Shown: positions 1-9,343, numbered from the stretch's first letter. The stretch is 64,000 nucleotides of DNA from Caldicoprobacterales bacterium (GCA_050949255.1 JBMNFJ010000015.1:30646-94645); one strand, 5' to 3'. The notes: generated by a model from the letters alone, not told the origin. Numbers and translations are program-made.

Positions 1-306
1 TTATGTATAAAAATTAAAAAGCAGGACTTATAGGATAATAATCATTATATACCAAAATTGCGATTTTTGGTTTTCTTTATTGAAACTTCCAGACATTTTT
101 ATTTTCAATCGGTGAATAATAGACTCGAGGAGGGATTAAAGGTGAAAAAGTTTTTGTGTCTCTGTGTTTTTAACCTGATGATTCTAAACTTTTTTACTCT
201 CCCTGTTGATGCCCGCCATAGCAACGTAAGTGTGGACGATGATCCATCCTTCGTTGATAGCCTATCCCAAAGGGAAACCCCATGAAAGTCAGAGGATCTT
301 GAACTT

Positions 307-645
307 TTGGCCAGGGTTATCCATGGGGAGGCCCGTGGCGAGAGCTATCTTGGTAAATTGGCCGTTGGTGCCGTTGTAGTAAACAGGCTGAATTCCCCAT
401 TGTTTCCGGATACCTTGTATGAGGTAATATATGAACCTTGGGCATTTACCTGTGTGCAGGACGGGCAGATAAACCTGGAGCCTGATGAGGAAAGCTATAG
501 GGCTGCTATGGATGCCCTGAATGGAATTGACCCAACGAATGGATGCCTGTTCTACTACAATCCCAAAACCGCAACGTCCAGATGGATGTTCAAACGGCCT
601 ACCGATTATACCGAAACCATAGGCAATCATGTCTTTATGAAATAA
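307..645 (+). CDS. SleB/CwlJ-family cell wall hydrolase catalytic domain protein (spore cortex-lytic type)
   Basis: Translation ARVIHGEARGESYLGKLAVGAVVVNR..YEPWAFTCV..FYYNP fits the SleB/CwlJ (Hydrolase_2) domain. TTG start as drawn. The same frame continues upstream through TGA 283-285 into a signal-peptide-like ORF (GTG 142 with GAGGAGGG RBS). Confidence 0.7.
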   Translation: MARVIHGEARGESYLGKLAVGAVVVNRLNSPLFPDTLYEVIYEPWAFTCVQDGQINLEPDEESYRAAMDALNGIDPTNGCLFYYNPKTATSRWMFKRPTDYTETIGNHVFMK

Positions 646-650
646 TATAA

Positions 651-693
651 ACAATAATCGCCCGGAATCATATAGGATTCGGGCGATTATTGT
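651..693 (+). terminator. Stem-loop after the hydrolase gene
   Basis: ACAATAATCGCCCGGAATC / GATTCGGGCGATTATTGT inverted repeat directly after the stop; the following T tract is weak (TTGTTTG). Confidence 0.55.
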
Positions 694-796
694 TTGTCGC
701 TATATAATTAATCCCAAAAAAGCAACACCGCAAGGCAGACAAGGCCCGGCGGTGTACTTTGATTATTTAAGACAAAACCTAGGTGATCCTAATATA

Positions 797-974
797 CAAT
801 AGCTATTGATCGTTAAGTACGTATATCTAATAGGAGGATGACTTGCTCAGGCAGCGATCAAGTTACATCGGAAAGCTGCCAGATGCTATCTATAGCTAAC
901 TGAAATAGCTGGAGTAGCAACGATCATCATAGCTATTGAACGCAACTTCATCATCTGCTTATCAATAGCTCATT
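797..974 (+). repeat. Rearranged/truncated copy of the modular intergenic element (type II modules)
   Basis: CAATAGCTATTGATCGTTAAGT..GGAGGATG..ACATCGGAAAGCTGCC..TATAGCTAACTGAAATAGC..ATAGCTATTGAACGC..CTTATCAATAGCTCATT aligns by eye with 41877-42060 and with the reverse complement of 28265-28528. Confidence 0.7.
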
Positions 975-1031
975 TTTGTCAGGCAACAAGCTAAATAAGC
1001 AAAAGTTTTATCGTTGGGTATCTGTAAAAAT

Positions 1032-1163
1032 TTATCCAAGGTTAATAAACTTTGAAAACAGGTCCATAAAAACAACGGGAAACATAAATGCTAAAATGAT
1101 GCCGATGGACAATCCCACACCCGTGATACCCCTTACAATATCGGATTTTAAGATTGTGTTCAT
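1032..1163 (-). CDS. Small hypothetical membrane protein (43 aa), below the ORF-track length cutoff
   Basis: GGAGGGG RBS about 6 nt before ATG 1163. Translation MNTILKSDIVRGITGVGLSIGIILAFMFPVVFMDLFSKFINLG has one hydrophobic helix. The 976..1188 plus-strand ORF on the opposite strand has no RBS. Confidence 0.4.
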   Translation of the reverse strand: MNTILKSDIVRGITGVGLSIGIILAFMFPVVFMDLFSKFINLG

Positions 1164-1418
1164 CGTTTCCCCTCCCTGCGTGTTTTAGTAAACCTATGAT
1201 GCTATGTTAATTTAATCTATCCGGGAAAAGCTGCTTTTGTAAAATTACTCTTTTCCTTGTGCATATTATAACCCAAAAATATTTCAAAAGTTTTACGAAA
1301 CATTTATAGTTCTTTTAATTACCATATAACAGAGTTTTAATAACTATATTACACATATATAGTATATTATCACCATTTTTCCCCTGGGTTAAACATCATT
1401 TATATTCAATTTTTTTAA

Positions 1419-1443
1419 TAAAAAAAGACGGTCAAAGACCGCC
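1419..1443 (-). terminator. Short hairpin plus T tract overlapping the stop of the DUF815 gene
   Basis: Minus strand GGCGGTC-TTT-GACCGTC followed by TTTTTTTATT. Confidence 0.5.
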
Positions 1444-2757
1444 CTCTATATGATCAATAAATTGTTTGGCTGTTCGGCCTGAACGGCCATTGTACCTCTT
1501 CTCCCACCTTAAGGCCTCGGCCCGCAGTACTTCCCTGTCAACATCCAGTCCCCGCTCCCTGGCCATAGCCTCCACCATTTCAAGGTAGCCCTCCTGGTTT
1601 GGGGATATAAAGGTCAGGGTAATGCCAAACCGGTCCGCCAGGGACAACTTCTCCTGCATGGAATCCGTGGGCGATATTTCATTTCTGTCGTTGTAATTAT
1701 AGCCCACGCTGCTCCTGTCCGCCACAACCTCCCTCACCAGATGCCTGCGGTTGGAGGTGGCGTAGACCAACAGGTTGGATGGTTTAGGTTGAAGGCCCCC
1801 TTCCAGCAGTGCCTTGATATGCTTGTATTCCACCTCATGCTCTTCAAAGGAAAGGTCATCGATGAAGAGAATAAACCTGTACATCCTGCCCTCTATATAC
1901 CTGAGTATGGAATAATAATCGCCCAGGTGTTTTTTGGGCAGTTCGATCATTCTAAGGCCCCTGTCTCCAAACTCATGGATCAGGGCTTTGACCATGGAGG
2001 ACTTTCCCGTCCCCTTGTCCCCGTAAAGAAGGACGTTGTTGGCCGGATAGCCGGACACAAACCTTTCGGTGTTGTCCAGCAACACCTGCTTTTGAATATC
2101 GTAACCCAATAGCCGATCCAGAGTTATGGGATCGGTGTTTTTAATCCCTTTTAGGGTAGAGCCGTCCCAATAAAAGCCGTAATACCTGCTGAAGATACCG
2201 GAGCCCTTAAGCCTGTAGTGCTCTTTCAGTGCCTCTACATTCCAGCCTTTAAGTCCCCTGCGGCCGCAGACTTCCGGCCAACCTCCGGCCTCCTGGCCAG
2301 AAAAAATGTTTACCGGATGGAAACCGTCTGTTTCCTCCCCCAACACCTCCACAAGGTCCTGCCAGGGGATATCCGCCAGCCTTTGGATGGAACGAAGGTC
2401 ATTCTCCACCGCTATGGACATGGCCTTGGGTAGATGGTCCTTATTTTTTTCTGCCCAAAGGGTAAATTTATTCTCCGTATATAGCACTGCATCCAGAATC
2501 CAATCCTTCCATGAATAGTCATGGGATTCGTCCATGGGGATTGAGGATAAAAAGGCATTTAAGAAACCGGTATAGCTCTCTATGAGCCGGGCCGGGCCCC
2601 AGGACTTCTCCAAAAGCCCTTCCAGGAGCTCCGCTAAACGCCTTAAAGCAGGCAGCCGGGTCAGCTCTTCATAGACGATGAGGCTTCTGGCTGCCATTAA
2701 AATCTCCCCAAGTTCCTCCCTGAAAGCCCTCGCATCTATTATTTTCCTGTTGTTCAT
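1432..2757 (-). CDS. DUF815-family AAA-type ATP-binding protein
   Basis: 441 aa ORF. Walker A GDKGTGKSS and FILFIDDLSF Walker B-like motif in the C-terminal half, typical of DUF815 ATPases. Confidence 0.8.
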   Translation of the reverse strand: MNNRKIIDARAFREELGEILMAARSLIVYEELTRLPALRRLAELLEGLLEKSWGPARLIESYTGFLNAFLSSIPMDESHDYSWKDWILDAVLYTENKFTLWAEKNKDHLPKAMSIAVENDLRSIQRLADIPWQDLVEVLGEETDGFHPVNIFSGQEAGGWPEVCGRRGLKGWNVEALKEHYRLKGSGIFSRYYGFYWDGSTLKGIKNTDPITLDRLLGYDIQKQVLLDNTERFVSGYPANNVLLYGDKGTGKSSMVKALIHEFGDRGLRMIELPKKHLGDYYSILRYIEGRMYRFILFIDDLSFEEHEVEYKHIKALLEGGLQPKPSNLLVYATSNRRHLVREVVADRSSVGYNYNDRNEISPTDSMQEKLSLADRFGITLTFISPNQEGYLEMVEAMARERGLDVDREVLRAEALRWEKRYNGRSGRTAKQFIDHIEGGL

Positions 2758-2775
2758 CTTCCGTCTACCCCCAGA

Positions 2776-4083
2776 TCATCCATTACTCGTACCCATTACC
2801 CTATTATAGATGCTTCCAACCTCAGAATACACCCTGTCCAGATCTATTGTTAACAGTTCCTTCTTCTCCAAGAGTTTCCTGCCGTTGACCCACACGCTGT
2901 CCACATCCCCGGAATGCCCGCTGTACACCAGATGGGTTGCCCAATCCCCATGGGGCTGGTAGTGGGGCTTGTCGGTATCCACCAGGACTATATCAGCCTT
3001 TTTGCCGGGGCTGAGGCTCCCTATCCTGTCCTCCAGGCCCAGGGCTCTGGCTCCGTGACTTGTAGCCATCTTAAGAGCAAGGGCAGCCGGCACAAGGGTG
3101 GCATCTTCTCTTACCCCCTTTGAAACAAGGGCGGCCAGGGCCATCTCCTTAACTATGCTCAGGTTGTTGTTGCTGGCAGCACCGTCAGTACCCAAAGAGA
3201 CGGTGATTCCCCGATCCAACATCTCCTGGACCGGCGCAATACCGCTTCCCAGCTTTAAATTGCTGGCGGGACAATGGGCCACCCTGACATCCTTCTCCCT
3301 TAGGATGTCCAGATCCTCCGGAGACAGGTGGACACAGTGGGCTGCCAGGGTATGGCCGTCCAGGAGACCCAGGTCATACAGGTGCCTGACCGGACTCTTG
3401 CCATATTCCTTTATGCAGTTCTCCACTTCCTGCCTGGTTTCCGACAGGTGTATATGTATCCCTGTCCCCAGCTTATGAGCCAGGTCTCTGACTTCCACAA
3501 GGTAGGAAGGCCCGCAGGTATAGACTGCGTGGGGCCCTACCATCACCTGGATTCTGCCGTCCCCTTCTTCATGCCAGTTTTCCCAGAGTATTCGGTTCTC
3601 TTCCAGCCTGTTATGGGATTTCCCGTCCGGCCCCTGAAGGCCTCTGGCCAAAACCCCTCTTACCCCGGAATGAAGTACGGCCCTGGCCGTCTGTTCCATA
3701 AACATATACATATCGGCAAAAACGGTCACCCCGCCCCTTATCATCTCGGCAATGGCCAGCATGGACAGCCAATAGGCATCGGCCTCCTCCAGCCTGTCCT
3801 CTGCAGGCCAAATCAATTCCTCCAACCATTTCATAAGGGGGAGATCGTTGGCATATCCTCTAAAGAGGGACATGGCCGTATGGGTATGGGTGTTTACAAG
3901 GCCGGGTATTGCCAGCATTCCCCTGCCGTCTTCTATTATATCGTAATCATCAGCCTTTCCAAGGTCTGCCTCACTGCCTGCAAAGGCAATCTCATCATCT
4001 TCAATGAGGATGCAGCCCCCCTGGATGTGACCCAGTTTTTCGTCCATGGTCAAAATATCTATGTTTTTTATAAGAGTTCTCAT
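2776..4083 (-). CDS. mtaD: 5-methylthioadenosine/S-adenosylhomocysteine deaminase (amidohydrolase family)
   Basis: 435 aa; GLVNTHTHTAMSLFRGYANDLPLMKWL and HLSET..HCVH motifs of MtaD-type amidohydrolases; AAGGAG RBS. Confidence 0.85.
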   Translation of the reverse strand: MRTLIKNIDILTMDEKLGHIQGGCILIEDDEIAFAGSEADLGKADDYDIIEDGRGMLAIPGLVNTHTHTAMSLFRGYANDLPLMKWLEELIWPAEDRLEEADAYWLSMLAIAEMIRGGVTVFADMYMFMEQTARAVLHSGVRGVLARGLQGPDGKSHNRLEENRILWENWHEEGDGRIQVMVGPHAVYTCGPSYLVEVRDLAHKLGTGIHIHLSETRQEVENCIKEYGKSPVRHLYDLGLLDGHTLAAHCVHLSPEDLDILREKDVRVAHCPASNLKLGSGIAPVQEMLDRGITVSLGTDGAASNNNLSIVKEMALAALVSKGVREDATLVPAALALKMATSHGARALGLEDRIGSLSPGKKADIVLVDTDKPHYQPHGDWATHLVYSGHSGDVDSVWVNGRKLLEKKELLTIDLDRVYSEVGSIYNRVMGTSNG

Positions 4084-4300
4084 ATAATCTCCTTCTTTTG
4101 CCTGGATATTAACAAATATTTAGCTCTGAATCCGGATATTTTTTAAAACAACCTTTAAATATAGCCCTAAATATGGTATAATTTCCATAATGGCTCTCTT
4201 GCGCACATCATTGTCTTTCCTATTACTCTTCGCTTTGACACTTGAAATCATTCTTGAACGTAATTCTACTTAAGGAGAGCTAAATACGTTTAAGGAGGGA

Positions 4301-4606
4301 ATGTCAATGCCTACACCACAATATGTTAAGGAGTTCAACGCAGACCTGGGTGAATTATCCATTAACACTGGTGCCGGTAAACATTGGAAAAGATTTGCAG
4401 CCAAGAATATAGCAGCCATACGTAAGACACAGGTAGAAAAGAAAAAGTTATTCATTACCAGAACCGTTGATAGGTTGGAAATTGATATCCATGGTGAAGA
4501 GGTCCCATACATCATAGAAAAAGGCATCATAAAAGACGATTTTGAATGGGTCACCGGCGTACTTAAATCCTTCGCTGAGAAGAACAAGGTAAACTATATC
4601 GAGTAA
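4301..4606 (+). CDS. Hypothetical protein (101 aa)
   Basis: AAGGAGGG RBS before ATG 4301, coding-like composition, hairpin after the stop. No family recognised. Confidence 0.55.
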   Translation: MSMPTPQYVKEFNADLGELSINTGAGKHWKRFAAKNIAAIRKTQVEKKKLFITRTVDRLEIDIHGEEVPYIIEKGIIKDDFEWVTGVLKSFAEKNKVNYIE

Positions 4607-4632
4607 TGGAAAGGTCCTTTGGACTTTTCCAT
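4606..4632. terminator. Shared hairpin between convergent genes
   Basis: ATGGAAAGGTCC-TTT-GGACTTTTCCAT with T-rich sequence after it on the plus strand; it overlaps both stop codons. Confidence 0.55.
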
Positions 4633-5783
4633 TATTTTATTTTAACGACGATAACCGCCACATCATCTCTGAGCCTCTCTACACTATCCTTGCCAAAATC
4701 CTTAACTATGGAATCCAGGAGCAAGGCAGGGTCTCCCTTTACCATATCCTTATGCCTGTCTATATAATCCAAAAAATCATTGCAGTTTCTCATATCATTG
4801 CCTTCCTCTTTTGGCTCCAGGAGGCCGTCCGTGTACATTAATATGTAATCCCCGGGATTTATCTCCCTGCTGTAAGTCTTATACTCATAATCCTCCATAA
4901 CCCCCAGGATAAGTCCGTTTTCCTCCAGCATATAGGTCCTGTTGTCCCGGGAATCCAGGATCACCGGATAGGGATGGCCCCCATTGCAATAGGTAAGGAT
5001 CCCATCCTCTATCAGGCCCACAAAGGCGGTTATAAAATAGGTGCCGTCGGTCAGGTTATAGAAGGTCGCATTCATGCTGTCCAGAACCTGTGCCGGAGAG
5101 GTATGCTGCTCAACCAGGTTTTGAAACATAACCTTTATCATGGAGGAGATCATGGCAGAGGCCACACCATGGCCTGAAACATCCGCTATCAGCATCCATA
5201 CCCTATCCCCTATCTGCAGGCATTCATAGTAATCCCCGCTGAGCTCGGCACTTGGGATATACCTGCCTACCATGTCGATTCCGGGCAGGGACTTGGATCC
5301 GTCTATCAGGATGCTCTGAAGGGCAGTGGCAAACTCCAGCTCTTCCCTCATCCTTTGATTCATCTGGACCAGGAGCCGCTTTTGCTCATATGCCTTCAGG
5401 GCGTTCTTTACCTTTACAGGCAAGACCACCCCCATCTGCTCCATAGTCAGGGGCTTTGTAAAATAGTCCGTCGCCCCCAGCTCCAATGCCCTCTGGATGA
5501 CACCAATTTCATCCACGGCGGAATTCACTATTATTGGGATATCCCTGTACTGTCTTGAGCTTTTTAGCTCCTTGATCACCTCAAAGCCGTCCTTGTTTGG
5601 CATTATGAGGTCCAGGATGATTATATCCACCCTATCTTTGTATATATACTTCAGGGCTTTTTCTCCGTCCTCCGCTTCATAAAAGTCCACATCCTCTATC
5701 CTCTGCTCCAGGGCCCTTTTAATCAGCTTTCTGTTAACCAGCATATCATCAGCAATTAAAACCTTGTATGCCACCTTACCCAC
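4632..5783 (-). CDS. Response regulator with REC domain fused to a PP2C (SpoIIE/RsbU-type) serine phosphatase
   Basis: N-terminus KVLIADDMLVNRKLI..DIIILDLIMPNKDGFEV (REC). C-terminus SGDYY..ADVSGHGVASAM..YTDGLLE..DDVAVIVVK (PP2C_SIG). Last gene of the che operon. Start may be the GTG 9 nt downstream. Confidence 0.85.
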   Translation of the reverse strand: MGKVAYKVLIADDMLVNRKLIKRALEQRIEDVDFYEAEDGEKALKYIYKDRVDIIILDLIMPNKDGFEVIKELKSSRQYRDIPIIVNSAVDEIGVIQRALELGATDYFTKPLTMEQMGVVLPVKVKNALKAYEQKRLLVQMNQRMREELEFATALQSILIDGSKSLPGIDMVGRYIPSAELSGDYYECLQIGDRVWMLIADVSGHGVASAMISSMIKVMFQNLVEQHTSPAQVLDSMNATFYNLTDGTYFITAFVGLIEDGILTYCNGGHPYPVILDSRDNRTYMLEENGLILGVMEDYEYKTYSREINPGDYILMYTDGLLEPKEEGNDMRNCNDFLDYIDRHKDMVKGDPALLLDSIVKDFGKDSVERLRDDVAVIVVKIK

Positions 5784-5814
5784 CCCTTTATAAACATGCA
5801 GAAGGAATAACTGA

Positions 5815-6216
5815 TTAGACTATACCGGAAATTGCACTTATGATCTTGTAATCGTTAAAGGGCTTTTTCAAGAAGTTGTCGATCCCCAATTCCTTTGCCC
5901 GGTTAACAATTTGCTCATCACCCATGGCGCTTAGCATGATAATCCGGGCCTGGGGATCCATTTTCAAAATTTCCCCGGAGGCTTCCAACCCGTCCATCAC
6001 CGGCATGGTTATGTCCATAAACACCAGATCCGGTTTTAAGGATTGGTACATTGAAACCGCCTCCCGGCCATTCTTGGCATCGCCGCATACTTCATATCCG
6101 TGGGCTTCCAGGGTCCTTCTCAGCAGTTTGTGTATAATGGGTGAATCATCTACCAACAGTATCCTCTTAATGGTACTTTTCTTTTCCACTACGGTCTTCA
6201 GCTCCCTCAATTCCAT
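5815..6216 (-). CDS. cheY: CheY-like single-domain response regulator
   Basis: KRILLVDDSPIIHKLL..DLVFMDITMPVMDGLE..KKPF receiver motifs. ATG 6216 chosen. The ORF stays open to ATG 6321, but that 35-aa extension is AT-rich and Cys/Phe/Trp/Asn-rich, unlike CheY. Confidence 0.75.
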   Translation of the reverse strand: MELRELKTVVEKKSTIKRILLVDDSPIIHKLLRRTLEAHGYEVCGDAKNGREAVSMYQSLKPDLVFMDITMPVMDGLEASGEILKMDPQARIIMLSAMGDEQIVNRAKELGIDNFLKKPFNDYKIISAISGIV

Positions 6217-6327
6217 TTTAACATCATTAAAGTAACAATTATTACACTTCTTCAACCCTATTTGCCAAAAAAATGGATTTGAAAAGGTAGACTTACATTT
6301 AATTCTACCATATCCGACCATTTTTTG

Positions 6328-6789
6328 CTATATTTCCAGGCCAATATTTACTTCAACTTTTCCCAGGGAGGTTTCCATATCTATCTTAAGGGTCTCCACG
6401 GAACTGATGATGAAGTATACATCCTTACCGAATATGATGGAAGGCGGGGTAATGTCAACCTGCACCCCGGAGTTGGATAGGAGGGTCGAGGCATTTCCTG
6501 TGACCATGTTGGAAAATTCACCCAGGGCACTCCGTCCCATCTCGTCCAGCTCCTCCACCGGCATACCCATCATCATAGCTGACACTATCTTTTTAGCCGT
6601 ATCCTCCGCCATGGAATAGGCGATATTTCCCCTTACCTGACCTACCATACCCACCACGGCGGTTATATCCGTATCCACATACATCAGGTCATTCCTGGCC
6701 ATATCTCCTCTCCTGATATCAACAGCCCCAAATTGCTCCAATACACCCTTGAGGGCCTCCAAAAATGGAAGTATGTATTTTATGTCCAT
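6328..6789 (-). CDS. cheX: CheX/CheC-family CheY-P phosphatase
   Basis: 153 aa. S-ALG-E-FS-N followed about 22 residues later by PP fits the CheC/CheX/FliY active-site pattern. Its ATG overlaps the upstream TGA (TGATG). Confidence 0.8.
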   Translation of the reverse strand: MDIKYILPFLEALKGVLEQFGAVDIRRGDMARNDLMYVDTDITAVVGMVGQVRGNIAYSMAEDTAKKIVSAMMMGMPVEELDEMGRSALGEFSNMVTGNASTLLSNSGVQVDITPPSIIFGKDVYFIISSVETLKIDMETSLGKVEVNIGLEI

Positions 6790-7265
6790 CAGCTGCCGCC
6801 CCCTTCCCAGGCTATATTGATCCTGATCCTCCCGTATTCCGTTTCTCCCCAGGACGAGAGGGACCTTAACCTGGGGATTGAAATCACCACATCCCTGCCC
6901 GCGAAAACCACCGGCGGGGCCAGCCGCAGGTCCATAAGCAACTCGTTGTTGATTCCGGTGATGGCGTTCCCCGATATGATATTGTTCACCTCAGCCACCA
7001 GGGACAGGACCATGGGATCCTTTACATCCCCATATTCCTCGCCTAAAACAGCACCGGCCATGGACAGGGCAAGACCGGGCTCCATATCCAGGAGCAATCT
7101 GCCCTTTCTGGCTCCGGCAAAGGTGATGATGGACGATACCCCCATGGAGGTTAACTCATGTCGCTCCTCCTCAAGGGAATCCATCCCAACCACATCAATA
7201 TCCGACATCTCCTTGATAATCTCCCCGACACTTATGCAAAAGGGCTTGTAAAGCTTTTCATCCAC
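6789..7265 (-). CDS. Second CheX/CheC-family phosphatase paralog
   Basis: 158 aa. S-LVA-E-VN-N followed about 22 residues later by PP. Translationally coupled to the downstream cheX. Confidence 0.7.
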   Translation of the reverse strand: MDEKLYKPFCISVGEIIKEMSDIDVVGMDSLEEERHELTSMGVSSIITFAGARKGRLLLDMEPGLALSMAGAVLGEEYGDVKDPMVLSLVAEVNNIISGNAITGINNELLMDLRLAPPVVFAGRDVVISIPRLRSLSSWGETEYGRIRINIAWEGGGS

Positions 7266-7319
7266 AGGCTTTACACCCCCCTGTCATCCCGGCAAAATCA
7301 GGTTTTGAACCCATATGAT

Positions 7320-8168
7320 CTACTCCTTTACCTTATAATATACGCCTCCGCTATGAAGCTTCCTTGTAAAATAATCCCCATACTGGGTGTACACTTCGGA
7401 ATTGCCCAGGAAAAGCACTCCACAGGGCCGGTTCAGGGCTCCTGCAATCTTCCTGAAGATCTCCCGCTTCAGATCCGGGGAAAAGTATATGGTTACATAC
7501 CGGCAGAAGACTGCATCAAACCTGCCCAGGGCAACAAAGTTGTTTTGCAGGTTGAACTGTTTAAACTCCACCCTGTCCCGGATCCCCTTGTCCAGGACCC
7601 AGGTTTTGCCCTCCCTGGAAAAGTATCTGCTCCTGTACTCCAGGTCCAGTCCCCTGGAAATGGACACATCATCGTACTTTCCCGCTTTGGCTGTCTCCAA
7701 CACGCTGTGGGATATATCCGTAGCCAGGATCTCAAAGCTCTCGGGGGATACATCCCTGATCCTTTCCCTGGTCAGGTACCTGTCTATGAGCATGGCTATG
7801 GAATAGGGCTCCTGGCCTGTGGAGCAGCCCGCGCTCCATATCCTGATCCTTTTGCGCTTACCGGCCCGGATTTCCTCTATGTATCCCGGCAGCAGGACCT
7901 CTTCCAAAGTCTTAAAAGGGGTTTTGTCCCTAAACCAGAGGGTTTCGTTGGTGGTTATGGCGTCTATTACCCTCTCCTTTATCCTTGGATCACTTTGGCT
8001 TTTCAGAGCATAATAAAGCCCCTGATAGGAAGGTATGCCAAATTCGGTCAATATCTTTGACAGCCGGCTGGTAATCAGATAGGCCTTCTCCTTTCCAAGG
8101 GCTATTCCACACTCTTCTTCTATGTAACTGCGCATCAAGTCAAATTCCCTGGAAGTTAAGTCCTTCAT
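7320..8168 (-). CDS. cheR: Chemotaxis protein methyltransferase CheR
   Basis: FDLMRSYIEEECGI..NETLWFRD..RIWSAGCSTGQEPYSIAM..FCRYVTIYF motifs. ATG 8168 overlaps the cheB TAA; the ORF track start is GTG 8174. Confidence 0.9.
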   Translation of the reverse strand: MKDLTSREFDLMRSYIEEECGIALGKEKAYLITSRLSKILTEFGIPSYQGLYYALKSQSDPRIKERVIDAITTNETLWFRDKTPFKTLEEVLLPGYIEEIRAGKRKRIRIWSAGCSTGQEPYSIAMLIDRYLTRERIRDVSPESFEILATDISHSVLETAKAGKYDDVSISRGLDLEYRSRYFSREGKTWVLDKGIRDRVEFKQFNLQNNFVALGRFDAVFCRYVTIYFSPDLKREIFRKIAGALNRPCGVLFLGNSEVYTQYGDYFTRKLHSGGVYYKVKE

Positions 8169-9343
8169 TAACACCTACCCCTGTTTATCTCTATAATTCT
8201 ATTTCCGATATCCTTTAAGTCCACTACCTCATCGGACAGCCCCGCCTCATAGACGCTTCTGGGCATCCCGTAAATGACACTGGTTTCCCGGCTTTGGGTG
8301 ATACAGTAGCATTGGCAGGCTTCCTTCAAAGCCCTGACCCCGGCGGTACCATCGCTGCCCATTCCTGTGAGTATAACGGCCAACACCCTTTTACCTGCAT
8401 AGGCTCTTGCCACGGATTGGAACAGGACATCGGCGGCAGGCCGCACCCCATTAACCGGTGGGGTTGTAGTAAGGGTGATTTTCAGGTCATCGGGGTCTAC
8501 CACCATATGGTATCCTCCCGGTGCCACCAGGACCCGGCCGTTTAAAATCTCATCACCCTCCTCAGCCTCCTTCACCGACATTCCGCATTTTTTTCCCAGG
8601 AACCTGGCGAATATTTTGGTAAAATCCGGTGGCATATGCTGGACTATCAGGATGGGCCTGGTAAATCCCGGGCCCAGTGCCTGGCAGACCTCTTCCACGG
8701 CGCCGGGACCTCCGGTGGATGAGGCCACCACCACCAGATCTATCCCGCTCAGGCATGTGGTACCGTAGTCCGGAACTAAATCGCCCTTCCGGGGGATATC
8801 CCTGTCCTCCGTCCTTATACCGGATCCGGTGCTTGGGCGGCTTTCCATCCCGATAGGGACAGGGTCCCGTCCCTCTTCCCCGGATTTGGGATCCGATCCC
8901 CTCTTCCCCTGTCTCTCCCGGCTTTTTGCTGCATACCTGTCTATCAGGATCTGGGAGAACAGTATGGTAAGATGCCTGCTGATGGTTTCGATATTCTTCT
9001 CTCCGGAGCCCTGAGAAGGCTTTAAGATAAAATCCATAGCCCCCTCTTCCAGGGCCCTCACCGTCAGCCTGGCCCCGTCTACTCCGCCGCTGCTTATAAT
9101 TATAACGGGAAGGTCCTCATACTTTTCCTTTATTCTTGCCAGGGTTTCGATACCGTCCATGCCCGGCATATAGACATCCATAAGGACAACATCAATGGAC
9201 CTTTGCTCCAGTCGCTCCAGGGCGGTTATCCCGCTTGAGGCAGTGCAGTCCACTACGGCCCGCTCCGTCCTTTCCACCGCCCTGGAGATAATCTTCCTGT
9301 AGACCAGAGAATCATCCACCACCAAAACCTTAAGCTTGTGCAC
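8168..9343 (-). CDS. cheB: Protein-glutamate methylesterase CheB (REC + methylesterase) with a long charged/Pro-rich linker
   Basis: KVLVVDDS..MDVYMPGMDG REC domain. Catalytic half has VVVASSTGGP, QHMP and GMGSDG. GGGGGGA RBS before GTG 9343. Confidence 0.9.
   Translation of the reverse strand: MHKLKVLVVDDSLVYRKIISRAVERTERAVVDCTASSGITALERLEQRSIDVVLMDVYMPGMDGIETLARIKEKYEDLPVIIISSGGVDGARLTVRALEEGAMDFILKPSQGSGEKNIETISRHLTILFSQILIDRYAAKSRERQGKRGSDPKSGEEGRDPVPIGMESRPSTGSGIRTEDRDIPRKGDLVPDYGTTCLSGIDLVVVASSTGGPGAVEEVCQALGPGFTRPILIVQHMPPDFTKIFARFLGKKCGMSVKEAEEGDEILNGRVLVAPGGYHMVVDPDDLKITLTTTPPVNGVRPAADVLFQSVARAYAGKRVLAVILTGMGSDGTAGVRALKEACQCYCITQSRETSVIYGMPRSVYEAGLSDEVVDLKDIGNRIIEINRGRC

Noticed and set aside
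283-285. Selenocysteine or Trp recoding of the in-frame TGA in the SleB-like gene
   Set aside because: No SECIS-like hairpin is evident immediately downstream. The family is not a known selenoprotein, and TGA terminates other well-supported genes in this window.
976-1188. 70-aa plus-strand ORF
   Set aside because: It has no RBS. The opposite strand carries a short ORF with a strong GGAGGGG RBS and a clean TM helix, which explains the open frame better.
3328-4146. 272-aa plus-strand ORF
   Set aside because: It is entirely antisense to the well-supported mtaD gene, has no RBS, and its translation is low-complexity and Pro/Gly/His-rich. It is typical of a shadow ORF.
5815-6321. Long version of the cheY ORF (168 aa)
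   Set aside because: The extra 35 N-terminal residues (MVGYGRIKCKSTFSNPFFWQIGLKKCNNCYFNDVK) are encoded by AT-rich sequence and are unlike receiver-domain N-termini, so ATG 6216 is preferred. Neither start has a good RBS, so this remains uncertain.
7158-8060. 300-aa plus-strand ORF
   Set aside because: It is antisense to cheR and the cheX-like gene, which have clear family motifs. No RBS and no recognisable domain.
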